From positions 9,858,001-9,922,000 of the forward strand of contig NC_043004.1 in assembly GCF_006345805.1 (NCBI RefSeq): a stretch of 64,000 bases of DNA. Direction: 5' to 3'. The notes under the pieces were generated by a model that was not told the DNA's origin, did not search any database, and saw only the letters and a program-made list of their open reading frames with translations. Source of the stretch: Octopus sinensis. Taxonomy: Eukaryota. The position numbers and the translations under genes were made by a program. This document shows, one piece after another, positions 39,601 to 54,055 of this stretch (its first letter is position 1; each line of letters begins with the position of its first letter).

Positions 39601-39652
39601 TGAGTACGTACGTTTCAAGATTAGTCAAAATCGACCCTTCTTCATCAGCTCA
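39601..39652 (-). ncRNA. Minimal type I hammerhead ribozyme, unit 3
   Basis: Same motif with a 1-nt deletion at the base of stem II; predicted cleavage at 39605. Confidence 0.7.
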
Positions 39653-39701
39653 GAATGCCCTGTTTGAATCTGAAAACACTGAAAATGGGAGCAACATACT
39701 A

Positions 39702-39764
<63 letters not shown>

Positions 39765-41106
39765 TATATATATGTATGTATGTATGTGTATACTTATATA
39801 AAACATATAGGGATACAGGTATGTATATTATATTATGCATTATATATATATTTATTTATATAAAATTACCCTTTTATAATATTTATCGTGTATATATGTG
39901 CATACATCTCCCCCTTTCTGTCTCTCTCTCTCTATATATATATATGAGGATGCTTTTGTTCGAAGAACCAAAGTACACAAATTTCAATACCAGTTTGCAA
40001 TGTAGTGGAGAATCATATTTATTATAATTGACGACAGAAGGAAACCGATTACACCTGAACATCCGTATTTTACTTTTAAAAGTCACAAGGAGAATTTTAA
40101 ATAACACCTATTCATAGATTAATAAACTGAACTAAATATGACATTGGAGTTTCTTAGCAAACATAATCTAGATAAAACTAAGCATAAAATTTTAAAAAGT
40201 CCCTACTATTATGGAAATAACATTCAAACTGTCAGGAAGTGATTCTCATGTCCTCTCTTATAAAACTAATTTCAAATTCTTTTTTAAGAATTACTATCAA
40301 TCTCAAAACATGCTCTTATCTTTGTTAAATTAGTAACTGACATTAAAGACTCTGAAATTTGATTTCCAGCACACTACAAAGTCAAGAAGATTGAGTATCA
40401 TTGATGTAAATAGACATCTAACTCGATGGTTAGCTAGATAAATAAATAGACTTGTATACATATAGCTAAGTAACCAAAAGGTCTGATGTATTGACAGTTA
40501 TATAGACAAGGGGACTTAACACGTAGACAGCTAGATATACGGACTTTTACTGGTGAGGATATCCAAGACGAGGTTATATACTTAAGAAAAGAATATAACA
40601 ATATCAAGTGTCAGAAAACTCATCGAATTTGGAAGTCTGTTGCCATTGATATGTGTACAGATAACTCCCTTGTTATAATAGTATATCTACCACAAGTATA
40701 TCTACCACTGAAAATATACTTTCTACCATAGGAACAAAACCTAAAATTTTTGGGGAGGGTGTTAGCTTATGACATCGACCCAGTGCTCAAACTGGTACTT
40801 ATAAGCATTTTGTTCGGCGTGTTACTTCTACTCTTGGCACAAGGTCCGAAATTTTGGGGGGAGGGGGTTAGTGGATTAAATCGATCCCAGTACGCAACTG
40901 GTATTTAATTTATCGACCCCGAAAGGATGAAAAGCAAAGACGACCTCGGTGGACGTATCTAAGGTGTTTTAAACCTGGCGAAACACATTCATTTCCAAGT
41001 CTGAACATTAGCAGAGATCTTCCAGTGAGAAAGACAAAAATGTAAAAGAGAAGAATCAACCCCATTATTTGAGGCCTGGTGCTTCCAGTAGAAAGGATTA
41101 TTATCA

Positions 41107-41176
<70 letters not shown>

Positions 41177-41181
41177 CATTA

Positions 41182-41640
41182 TTGAGTGAGAGAGAAGTGC
41201 ATGCCATCAAAGTGACAATGGGGTAAAATATACGAAGCCCAGTATACCCATCATGACTACCCGTCTGATAAGGGTACACTAGGCACATGCATCACAACCA
41301 TATGTGCGCGACATGGTGATCTCATATCAAGATAAACAGCACATGACCTTGCAGGTAGGACCCAGTTAGAATTTTCTTATGGTCGAGTAACCCATCCCGC
41401 TCAAAAGGTCCTTGAATAAGGGTTGCTTAAGGATGTTGAACGAAACACCCAAGTTTCCAGAGGTGAATTATTCAAACCCTAAAGAATCCCTCTCAACACA
41501 TGGCTATGATGCTCCCCCCTACTTCTGCTCGTGATCAGAGATGTACATATCGTCAGCCACTAAGGGACATGGTCAACTGGTTAAGGTTAAACAACTGACA
41601 AGCAAATCTGTGGTATTGAGCAGAATATTTTCTGTTGCCC
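41182..41640 (-). mobile_element. Second copy of the (TAA)n-flanked repeat at 13994-14556
   Basis: High identity; (TAT)n on both sides. Confidence 0.85.
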
Positions 41641-41650
41641 TATTATTATT

Positions 41651-41999
41651 ACTAGCACGGTCATAGTGCTAGTGCATGCATATACAGCTGCGTGCGTGCG
41701 TGCGCACATACACGTGAGTACTGTCCAAATCTCCGACCAATTACATACAGCTAGCTGGAATTCAATTGGCGTATCAAGTTTCGGTAATTTTGATTGGGTC
41801 TTCGATAGAAAATTCACAAAAAAGTCACTTCTATTGATTTTTTAATGGCGTTGCGGGGTGACTGGGGAAATGTAAAGATGTGCACGACCACCCTTGGACA
41901 GTTTTAAATGAGCATAGAAAGTGCGAGTCCTCTAACTGAAAAATTGTGGATTTGTATAAAGGACACACACACAGAGATTTTGCTGTTTATATATATAGA
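41651..41999 (-). mobile_element. Probable non-autonomous Helitron (different family)
   Basis: Minus 5' end TCTATATATATAAAC; 3' end CTAG|T within the palindrome actagcac..gtgctagt. Confidence 0.5.
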
Positions 42000-42105
42000 G
42001 ATATATATTTCGTTTTGGCATTTGGTTTGCAAGATTCTTTATGTGAGTTCGTGTATTGAAGCATATCTGGCACGAAAAGAGGATGACACTCCCAAGGCAC
42101 AACAG

Positions 42106-42136
<31 letters not shown>

Positions 42137-42137
42137 T

Positions 42138-42224
<87 letters not shown>

Positions 42225-42227
42225 TAT

Positions 42228-42380
42228 ATAAAGTTAATCCAAACAAGAAAACACAAAAAAACACAACAACGCGAGGACGTGGAACAAATATAGTATTATT
42301 GGACGCTCAGGAAAGAAGGAAGAAGGAGGGTTTAACGTTTCGAGCGGAGCTCTTCGTCGGAAACATAGGAGAAGGAAAGA
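42228..42380 (-). mobile_element. Solo ~150-bp PLE terminal fragment in (TA)n with HHR motif (42330-42364)
   Basis: Homologous to 55384-55530; contains GTTT CCGACGA A GAGC-TCC-GCTC GAA ACGT T AAAC. Confidence 0.85.
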
Positions 42381-42426
42381 TATATATATATATATATATA
42401 TAATATATATATATATATATAATATA

Positions 42427-42464
<38 letters not shown>

Positions 42465-42477
42465 TAATATAATATAT

Positions 42478-42525
<48 letters not shown>

Positions 42526-42570
42526 TGCAGCGTGGTAAGTGTTTATAAGCCATTTAAGAAACAACATATA

Positions 42571-43841
42571 CATGGTTGGACAAAATAATGGAAACACCTA
42601 GCATCATAGCATCATAGCATCATAATTTTGAAATATCTATAAAACAATGAAAAGCTTGTTGATTTTAATGTTTATTTGATTTATTATTAGTGTTGCTTAA
42701 TATGTTTTGCAAAAACATTGCTGTTTCTTTTCATTTAACATCAGAAAAGGTAATTGAAATTCATTAAAATGACAGATCTATCGGACTTTCAAAGAGGTCA
42801 AATCGTCGGGGCTCGTATGGCAGGCGCTAGCCTAAACGTTTGGTACATCAAGAAGTACTGTCTTGAAAGTAATGACAGCCTTTGAAAAAGAGGGAAAAGC
42901 TTCCTCGTCGAAACAAAACTCTGCAAGAAAACCAAAACTTTCAGATAGGGACCGTCGGACTCTTACGCGAATTGCTAGAAAGAATCACAAAAGTACAGCT
43001 CCCTAAATTACTGTAGAGCTTAATGACCACTTCGAGAATTCAGTTTCCACAAAAACTGTTCACCGGGAGCTGCACAAGGCCGGATTTAACGGGAGGGCTG
43101 CAATCAGAAAACCACTACTTTCAAAAGCAAACGTTGCAAAACGTTTACAGTGGAGTAAAAACCCACAGAATTGGTCCCTAGAGCAGTGGAAGAATGTTAT
43201 TTTCTCGGACGAGTCATCCTTTACGTTATTTCCGACCACCGGCCGAGTATACTTGTGGAGACAGCAAAAAGAAGCATTTGACCCAGATTGCCTTCTTCCA
43301 GCTGTTAAACATGGAGGATCTGTGATGATAGGGGTGTGTGTGCTATATCTTGGAAATTCGCCGGCCCAATGGTTTAACCTTCGTGGCAGAATTAATAGTC
43401 AAAACTATTTAAGCATTTTAACTGATCAAATTCATCCTGTGGTTGCAGAACTGTTTCTGGAGGGAAACGCAATCTTTCAGGATGATAATGCACCAATTCA
43501 CACAGCTAAAATTATCACTGAATGTCTCGAGGAACATTCTAGTGAAGTTGATCATCTTATCTAGCCACTACAGTCCCCAGATCTCAATATTATTGAACAT
43601 TTATGGTACATTTTAGAAAAATAAGTAAGGAGTTGATATCCTCCACCATCATTACTACAAGAACTGGAGACTGTTTTAGCTGGAGAATGGACAAACATTC
43701 CTTTGGAAGCAATTCAAACTTTGTACGAGTCTATACTTCGTAGAATTCAAGCTGTAATTACTGCCAAAGGTGGTCCTACCCCATATTAAAATAAATTTGT
43801 TTGAACTTTTAAGGAGTTTCCATTATTTTGTCCAACCTCTG
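42571..43841 (+). mobile_element. Tc1-like transposon with short TIRs, defective
   Basis: TIRs ggttggacaaaataatggaaac / gtttccattattttgtccaacc, TA flanks; transposase 42769-43789 with FSDES, FQDDNAPIH and DLNIIEHLW motifs, stops and frameshifts. Confidence 0.95.
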
Positions 43842-43929
43842 TATATATATGTAATATACATATGTATGCATACGTTTTTATCAATATACATATATTTTGA
43901 GTTCTATTTTTCTAGATTGCATCACTAAA

Positions 43930-44119
43930 CGTATGTACATATGTGTGTGTATGTATGTATGTATGTATGTATGTATGTATGTATGTATGTATGTATGTAT
44001 GCATGCATATATATATATATGTGTGTTTGTGTGCCTCAGCATGGGCACAGCTTTTGGACTGGAGCGCAACAAAGAATAAAACAATCTATATGCATACTTA
44101 AATGCGTAAATATCTACCT

Positions 44120-44152
<33 letters not shown>

Positions 44153-44876
44153 GAGCCAGTCACACATACACACCACGCATAGACACACACACATACACAC
44201 GTGTGTGTGTGTGTATATATATATATACGTACACACAAATATTGACAGAAACGCATACACATATATACAAAATATTTTACATATGTACATACATGCATGC
44301 ATACTCACATACATACATACATACATACATGCATGCATACATATATACATACATACATGCATACATACATGCATACATACATACATACGTACATGCATAC
44401 ATACATACATACATACATACATGCATGCATGCATGCATACATACATACATACATGCATGTATACATGCATGCATACTCACATACATACATACATACATAC
44501 ATACATACATACATGCATGTATACATGCATGCATACTCACATACATACATACATACATACATGCATGCATACATATATACATACATACATGCATACATAC
44601 ATGCATACATACATACATACGTACATGCATACATACATACATACATACATACATGCATGCATGCATGCATACATACATACATATATACATGCATACATGC
44701 ATGCATACATGCATACATACATACATGCATACATACATACATACATACATGCATGCATACATGCATACATACATACATGCATACATACAAACATACATAC
44801 ATGCATGTATACATGCATACATACATACATACATACATACATACATACATACATACATACATACATGCATACATAC
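43930..44876. repeat. Long (TATG)n and (TACA/TGCA)n compound arrays with internal block duplication
   Basis: Directly visible; explains all ORFs from 43941 to 45037. Confidence 0.95.
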
Positions 44877-45276
44877 GAAACAAAACGAATCTTCATCGGT
44901 CTCGCCAACGAACCCCGCTGGTCATTCAATTTAATGTGTAAGTTGCTGCCTGTTTTTACAGACATTTGTACCTTAAGAGAAATTTCCAGGCATGAAAGCA
45001 GTGCGAACTGAGTTGAACCTTTAAATTGCTTGTACACTTTGTTCGTTGGGGTTCTGCATAGTTTCTGTTGACTCGTAAATCTTGATTTAAAGCGAAAGAA
45101 TGATAAAAGACACTTGCCGAAGATGGCCCGCAGAGAGGGTGAACCTACAACCTCATGCTTCGAGTATGAACATTTGTGTGCGCGCGCGCGCGCGCGTGTG
45201 TGTGTGTGAGTAATAGTATGAGTGTGTTTGTGTGCGTGTTTGTCTGTGTTTGCGTGTGTAAACTTTTTCTACTCTA

Positions 45277-45834
45277 GACGCAAGGGCCGAAATTTTTGGG
45301 GGAGTGGGGGGGGGGCAGTCGATTAGATCGTCCATAGTACGCAACTGGTACTTAATTTATCGACCCCGAAAGGATGAAAGGCAAAGTCGACCTCGGCGGA
45401 ATTTGAACTCAGAACATAACGGCAGACGGAATACCTATTTCTTTACTACCCACAAGGGGTTAAACATAGAGTGGACAAACAAGGACAGACAAACGGATTA
45501 AGTCGATTATATCGACCCCAGTGCGTAACTGGTACTTAATTTATCGACCTCGAAAGGATGAAAGGCAAAGTCGACCTCGGCGGAATTTGAACTCTGAACA
45601 TAACGGCAGACGAAATACCTATTTCTTTACTACCCACAAGGGGCTAAACACAGAGATGACAAACAAGGACGGACAAACGGATTAAGTCGATTATATCGAC
45701 CCCAGTGCGTAACTTATTTAATCGACCCCGAAAGGATGAAAGGCAAAGTCGACCCCGGTGGAATTTGAACTTAGAACGAAATACCGCAAAGCATTTCGCC
45801 CGACGTGCTAACGTTTCGGCCATCTCGCCGCCTT
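45277..45834 (-). mobile_element. Trimeric tRNA-derived SINE, second locus
   Basis: Same head-core-tailA-core-tailA-core-tailB order and the same junction as 17478-18048. Confidence 0.9.
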
Positions 45835-47740
45835 GTGTGTGTGCAATATATATGCTCACGTGAATTTTTTTCTGTTAATTTTTTTCTTTTATATTTTTCT
45901 TTTATTTGTTTTAGTGCTAGATCTGCGGCCATGCTGGAGTGCCACCGTTAGCTTTGCTACACTTTCACTACTTGAAACCTTTTCTGATATGTGGAATTTG
46001 GTAAATAAGTGAGTTCGATGTTGCTGCTTTCATCTGCGTTTTCTGCCGCGTGATAGGTTCGTACGGAACACTTGAGAGGAGGAGATCCAGTTTTGTTTTG
46101 AAGACACCTACATCAACAGCAATAACAACAATGTAGATATCTCAGGCCTTTTGGGAGGATATCGAAGAGCCGTGGACCCCTGAAACGCAAGCTGTTGCTG
46201 TATCTGGTCCTGTATCCAAATGGAAATGTTGGGATCTTTGGCACTGATACTTATTTCATCGAATCTGAAAGGATAAAATCAAAGTCGACTCCGGCGGAAT
46301 TTGAACTTTGTGCGGGAGTGGCTGCCTGGCAAGTAACTTACTTACCAACCGCTAAGTGTTTTTCCGATGCGCAAACGATTCTGGAAGTTCGCAACCTTTA
46401 TTGCGTCTGATTTTGACAAAAGAGCTTCAGATGATTACATTGACTAGCTCTGTATGTTATCGAACCCTATAGCACGTCGGACAAAATGGTTAGCAGTATT
46501 TCGTCCGTCTTCAGGTTCCGCCACCTCCTCGTTCTCCTTGTCTTCCTCACCATCAGAAGCAAAAAAAAAAAAAAAATTAAAATTTGTCACAAATATTACT
46601 CAAGTGCTGGTGTCGGTTCCATCGACTGTACCTTGCACCTCCAAAGTTTTTAGTTTCTGTCCAGATTTTCGGAAGGATTTAAAACGGCAGGAACCGGTTC
46701 GTTTTCTTTGAGGTCACCTTTACTGTTCACTCTTTTGAGAGTCTATAAAGTAAAGAACCCGCCAGCTACATCGTATCGCGAAATTTGTGGTCTTGCATCG
46801 TTGTTAAGAAATAGATCGTTGTTACTTTTGGTTATGGCGCTGAGGCAGCGTGCCGGCAGAACCTTTAGCAGATCAGACAAAATGCTTAGCGGCATATATT
46901 CCTTCTCTTTACGTTTTTGAGTTCAAATCCTACCGAGATTAACTTTGCTTTTCATTCTTTTGAGACTGACAAAATAAAGTACCAGTCAAGCACTGGAATC
47001 GATGTAATCGGTTTGCCCACTCCCCTGAAAATTGCTTGTTTTATGTAAAGATTAGAAACAGCTTTTTAACCTACTGCATTGGATGGCAGTATCGTTAATG
47101 CGTTGGACAAAACACACTGCTCTATTTAGTTGGGTCACTTTATTCTCTAAGTTCGATTCTCACTGAAATCAACTTTGACTTTTATCATACTGGTGGTCGG
47201 TTAAAAAAAACAGTACCAGCCAAATAATAAAAAAAATGTTCTGGCCTCGCGCCTATATAAGTAATGATGATTACCATTTTATTATTGGAAAATGCATGCA
47301 ATAAATAAAAAAAAAAGGACAGATCTATCTATATGTCTATATAGATAATGGGCAAAAATGTGAGCTGCGTGTGTGTAGCTGTATGTGTGAGAGAGAAAAT
47401 GTATGAAATCTAATTTGGATTGACATAATTTGTGAATTATCTTCAGTTGATAGGAAAATATTATACTTGATGTCGGTAAATTGTAACGAAGTAAGAGTTT
47501 AAAATATGGAATAAATAAAATCGCAAACAAACCGATAAAACATACACACACATACACACGATACACACACAAAACAAACAAACAGGTATAAAATAAACAA
47601 AAACCAAAAATATATATTACGTTCATTGAAGTCTTGGAATGAGTTTATGCTTTAGCAATGACTCCATAAATAACTGTATTGGCGATGGTTTTATAAGGAA
47701 ACAAGGTGTGGTGTAGGCATCTAGAAGTTGGTCTGGTTCC

Positions 47741-47778
<38 letters not shown>

Positions 47779-49245
47779 GTGGGGGTGGAAAAGCAGCGAG
47801 CAAGAAAGCAAGCATTGTCGAATAAATGTATATGCTGGTGCCAAATAAACTTATCTTGGACTTTTCATGTTCCTTAGCACAGCGTATGATTCCCACTCAT
47901 CATAGATCTCATGTCGTTCCATGTTACTGGGAAGGCACGACATTAGAATAAATTGCTGGATGCAGTCCAGCTTGACGGTAGTGGTGGTGGTGGTGAGAGT
48001 GAAGATGGTTTGTTATAGGAAAGAAACCTGTTGTTGTTGTTGTTGTTGTTGTTGCTGTTGCTGTTGTTAATTTTATACTGTCGCATATTCTATTGTACAA
48101 CATTGTGCATTACACTACAGTAGTCTACAGTAATATATTGCTACACTACGGCATAAGGATGTCCAGCACAGACTTCACCGCTGTACTGTGTTCTACTAAA
48201 ACACAGACTATCATAAGAACACATGCAACGTACTCGTACATGAAATTTCGAGGGAGGGGGGACTAGTCGATTATATCGACCCCAGTACTTTTATGGTACT
48301 TTTTATCATCGACCCCGAAAGAATGAATGGCAAAATCGACCCAGGCGGAATTTGAACTCAGAACGTAAAGACAGACGAAATGTCGCTAAGTGCTTTATCC
48401 GGCGTGCTAACGATTCTGCCAGCTCGCCGCCTTCCATACTTCTAATAATGGTTTCAAGTATTGGCACAAGGCCAGCAGGTTTGGGGAGGGGGGTAAGTTG
48501 ATTAGATCAACTCCAGTGTTCAACTGGTACTTATTTTGTGGACCCCGAAAGGATGAGAGGCACAGTCGACCCCGGCGGCATATGAACTCCTCTTTTTACT
48601 GTTTTCGCTTTTTACATGTTTTAGCCATTGGACTACGGCCATGCTGGAGCACCGCATTGAAGGGTTTTAGTCGAAAAATAAATTAGACTCACGTATTTAA
48701 TGTTTCTTTGAAGTCCGTTAATTATTTAATCGGATTCTGTTGCCAAACTATAACTGTGACGTAATAAAAAACGTCACCAGTTGTCAAACGGGACGTGTGT
48801 GTGAGAGAACAAATACACACACACACACACACGCACACACACACACACACATATTTATAAACAACGCGCTTTAGGCACAAGGCTAGTAGCACTGAGGTAA
48901 GTAGGGTTGTTAATACCACTTACCCGAGTATTTAACTGGTACTTTATTTTATCGACTCCAGATGGATGGCGGGCAAATTTGAGTTTTAACCATGACCGGA
49001 ATTGAACTCAAATTTGTAAAGGGAGATAAGCAATTCTGTTTGACACTGCTCTGCTATATCATGTCGTCGTTATCATCATCACCAGCACCAATACCAGCAG
49101 CAGTAGCACCACCACCACCACCACCGTCACCACCAGTACCAGCACCACCAGCACCACCATTAACAACATCTCTAAGAACAAAAACGATAACAAAAATTTA
49201 AGATTTGTCGCAGTTACAGGAGGCCAGTTTAATCGATTGTGTCTC

Positions 49246-49920
49246 TTGACTGTGCCCCCGACTTTTTGACTGTGCCCCCGACTTTTTGATTGTGCCCCCG
49301 ACTTTTTGACGGTGCCCCCGACTTTTTGACGGTGCTCCCGACCTTTTGACGGTGCCCCCGACTTTTTGACTGTGCCCCCGACTTTTTGACGGTGCCCCCG
49401 ACTTTTTGACTGTGCCCCCGACTTTTTGACTGTGCCCCCGACTTTTTGATTGTGCCCCCGACTTTTTGACGGTGCCCCCGACTTTTTGACGGTGCTCCCG
49501 ACCTTTTGACGGTGCCCCCGACTTTTTGACTGTGCCCCCGACTTTTTGACGGTGCCCCCGACTTTTTGACGGTGCTCCCGACCTTTTGACGGTGCCCCCG
49601 ACTTTTTGATTGTGCCCCCGACTTTTTGACTGTGCCCCCGACTTTTTGACGGTGCCCTCGACTTTTTGACTGTGTCCCCGACTTTTTGACGTTGCTCCTG
49701 ACCTTTTGACGGTGCCCCCGACTTTTTGACTGTGCCCCCGAATTTTTTACTGTGCCCCCGACATTTTGACGGTTCTCCCGACTTTTTGACGGTGCCCCCG
49801 ACATTTTGACTGTGCCCCTGACTTTTTGACTGTGCCCCCGACTTTTTGTTTGTGCTCCCGACATTTTGACTGTGCCTCCGACTTTTTGACTGTACCCCCG
49901 ACTTTTTAACTGCACTCCGA
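49246..49920. repeat. 20-bp minisatellite (gactttttgactgtgccccc, ~33 copies)
   Basis: Exact 20-nt period visible; variant units (accttttgac, ggtgc, gattg) recur. Confidence 0.97.
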
Positions 49921-50444
49921 ACTCCCGGAAAGATGTAACGCAAAAATGAACTCGGCAGGATTTCGTTGACAGTGGTGGTGATAGTGGTGGTGACGAGAGT
50001 GAAGGTATTTTGTGATATCAAAGACTCATGTTGTTGTTAACCAAATGTTATTGTTTACTCTTCTGTATTGCACTACGCCTTATAATATACTACACTGAAG
50101 TATTGTAGTGCAATAAGACTGTATTGAGATGTACTGCACACTTCTATAATGGAAGGCAAGGTTTACGATATCGGGAGAATATCGCCATCTTCCATTATAT
50201 TGTTTTCTTTGTGTAGTTCAGGCTCCGGCAGGCGAAGAAAGAAGGCTTTAAGTACAAATGCAATTTACAGCCGGTTTATTTACAAGTTTCACAGAATAGG
50301 TGAAGTGTGTTGCTCTCAGCAACCATTTCGAGCTGTGTACGTGGTGTTGTATCTCCATTAGTGCGGGCAAATTGCTTCTGGAGGTACAACATGCAGTCAG
50401 GCCCAGCCAGTGAAGTGTGCTCAGCAAGCGCTGCTGCGAAGAAG

Positions 50445-50500
<56 letters not shown>

Positions 50501-50501
50501 G

Positions 50502-50544
<43 letters not shown>

Positions 50545-52273
50545 TGAATTTGTTTCTGTTTTGCCCTTATATACAGTTTGTCATCACCTCGTTGTGATCT
50601 CGCGCATGGCAAATGGATGCAGGTGAGGTCACGCTCTTGTTTCGGAGATGGCAATGGCTGCCGCGAGATCTCATCCAATATGGCGCTGACTGCTTGTACC
50701 GCTACACTTCTCTACTACACCGCGTTCTACTCGACAATCGACAACTATATTTTATTGTACCCCGATATTTGTCCCGTACACTGCTATATTCTAATTTGTT
50801 CGATAATAATGAACTTTCATTAATAAATTTAAAGAGTACTGCACAGCATTTTTAGCTAATTTGAAATGTGAATTATATCTTTCTCTCTACAGAAAATTCA
50901 TATAATTTTAGTCTCGTTGCGAGAAATAATAAAAAAGATGGCTTCATCATTGGATTCATCGCGACATCAGAAGAAAGAATGGAATCGATATGACTAGTTT
51001 CTACTCTTAGCTGTCCTTCATCAGAGAAAGAATACCTATTTTCCGCTCACGGATTGATTAGGAACTTGACCGAGCTACGTTCACAGCGTCTAGCTTAATG
51101 GTATTTATTGTATACAAATCATAACAATTCCAAACTGTTCTGTATTAGTTGCATAACAATGCAATTAACATGTGTAGCTTCTAGTTATTTATAGTATATA
51201 CAAACCAGAACTGAGTTGAATTGGTCTGTTAAAGTTGCATAACAGCGCATATGCAAACAACGTGGGTTAATTAATTCATTGTGTTTTTCAACTAGAACAT
51301 TTCAACATGGAGAAACTAGGAGAGGTAGGCAGCAACCCTCAATCGAAAAATTGTTTCTTTTTAAAGGATAGACTGATAGATAGACATAGAAAGATAGGTT
51401 GGTAGACAAACAGATAAATAGATCGATAGATAAGTAGATAGATAGTTGTGAGAGTAGACAGATGTACAGATAGACTAACAGCAAAAATAAAAAAGAAAAA
51501 AGAAAACAAAACGAAAATGTCTATTTTTTCTTACGGTAAAATAATATTTGACTATGAGACTGCAACTTCAAAGAACTCGAAATACTTGCCATGTATGTAT
51601 GTATGTATGTATGTATGTATGTATGTATGTATGTATGTATGTATGTATGTATGTATGCATGTATGTCTGTATGCATGTATGTATGTATATGTGTGTGTAT
51701 GTATGTATGCATGCATGTATTGTAGATTCTACCTATGAAAGATACGAGAAGAGTTAAATGAATTGGATTATCTGAAAAATCTTATCCCGTTTGATTCCTT
51801 ATTGCATGGCGGAGTGTGTATCATAGCCCTCAGCTTGTTAGAGACATGGTTGGTATATTCGGAACAATAGATCTGTGGGTGTTATAGATCTGTTCGATCA
51901 AAGCTGACCTGAAGCTACATAGCAAATAATATAAATAATAAATATTGAAAGTATGTCGTGTATATTGGCGAGTGTTAATAGCTTTTCAGCAGCTAAGTTT
52001 TGCAAGAGAAGAAGCGTTCAATATTACACATTTAATCAATTGTCGAAACGAGGCTATTGAAACTGTTCGAGAACGCAAGGAGAATGCCGGGTAGTAGATA
52101 TTCGTCAGACTGGAGTCGGTAAATACAATGTGTAATCAATTGGAAATATGTAACTAGATAGACATCTGACCGATTACATGCAGCGAGACTTGTCTAACCA
52201 AACCGTCGACGTTCTGAATTAAAGAAACTAGGCTCCATTCCGCATTGGAACGTGACGTGAACTTTGAACGTCT

Positions 52274-52868
<595 letters not shown>

Positions 52869-53336
52869 TTATTCGACACGCACACTCCATATAAACAGAA
52901 ATGCACTCCACACACATACCTCAACATGAATTTAGCAAATAAACTGTAAACAACAACAACAACAAACCGATCAGCAAAAGATAAAAACAAACCAAAACAA
53001 AAATGTCTTCCAATTTTTTTTTTACTTCCGGTAAAATACTATTTTATTGTGAGACTTCAACTTCAGCGTAAACAATGGACACAATAGCAAATACCAAGAC
53101 AGAAGTCTCGTTAATTAATAGAAACACTACACAGCGTTGTTTGTTTTTTTTCTTCTTTTAATAAAGGTAGACTAAAAGATGTGCTTTTAGTAAACACATT
53201 CTAGCCTCAGACACAATGATTATACAACACGTATTTCTCTCTTTGACCAGAAAAAGGAGACTAACTTCATTACTTTCTTCATCATTTTTATATAATAATA
53301 ATGGCAATGATGATGATGATGATGATGATGATAATG

Positions 53337-53370
<34 letters not shown>

Positions 53371-53401
53371 TAATAATAATAATAATATGATAATAATAAT
53401 A

Positions 53402-53449
<48 letters not shown>

Positions 53450-53451
53450 TG

Positions 53452-53506
<55 letters not shown>

Positions 53507-53786
53507 TAATTGTTTCTAATAAAGGCATAAGTCCAGAAACTTGGAGGGAGGGGGACTAGTCGATTGCATCGACCCCAGTGTTTTACTGGCACTTAATTTA
53601 TCGAGCCCGAAAGGATGATATGGCGAGGTCAACCTCGGTGGAATTTGAACTCAGAACGTAAAGACGGACGAAATGCCGCTAAGCATTTTGCCCGCCGTTC
53701 TAACGATTCTGCCATCTGGCTGCCTGACTACTACTACTACTACTACTAGTTTTTATTTTTATATTTATTTTATTTTATATTTATTT

Positions 53787-54055
53787 ATGCGCCCTTTTCA
53801 AGCCTAGCCAGGCTCATGGGCCCGGTTTCCCTGTTTCTGTGGCGTATGTGTTCCCCCTAGTCCATCGCAGCGTTACTCAAGAAACAGGAAGAAAAATTGA
53901 GAGAAAGTTGGGGCGAAAGAGTACAACAGGGGTCGCCACCCTCCACTGCCGGTGTTTTCGCTCAATAAACATACACAACATCCGGTCTGGGAATCGAAAC
54001 CATGATCCTCTGACCGAGAGCCTGCTGCCCTAACCACTGGGCCATTGCGCCTCCA
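53787..54055 (-). mobile_element. tRNA-derived SINE (fourth family)
   Basis: Minus head ggaggcgcaaTGGCCCAGTGGttagggc..gGTTTCGATTCCcag with A and B boxes. Confidence 0.85.

Larger units (their letters stand above)
38289..39693 (-). repeat. Tandem array of ~560-bp units (2.5 copies), one HHR per unit; retrozyme-like
   Basis: Units start near 38290, 38851 and 39411 and differ mainly by small indels; TA-rich flanks on both sides. Confidence 0.92.

Noticed and set aside
38289-49920. CRISPR-like interpretation of the tandem repeats
   Set aside because: No unique spacers, no cas genes, eukaryotic context.
49059-50021. 320-aa K/S/G/R repeat protein
   Set aside because: Produced by a stop-free 20-bp minisatellite; no independent evidence of a gene.
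50076-50125. TATTGCAC hairpin resembling a miR-92 seed
   Set aside because: Seed-like sequence is on the 5' arm, the rest does not match miR-92, and the region is a degenerate pentamer repeat that self-pairs easily.
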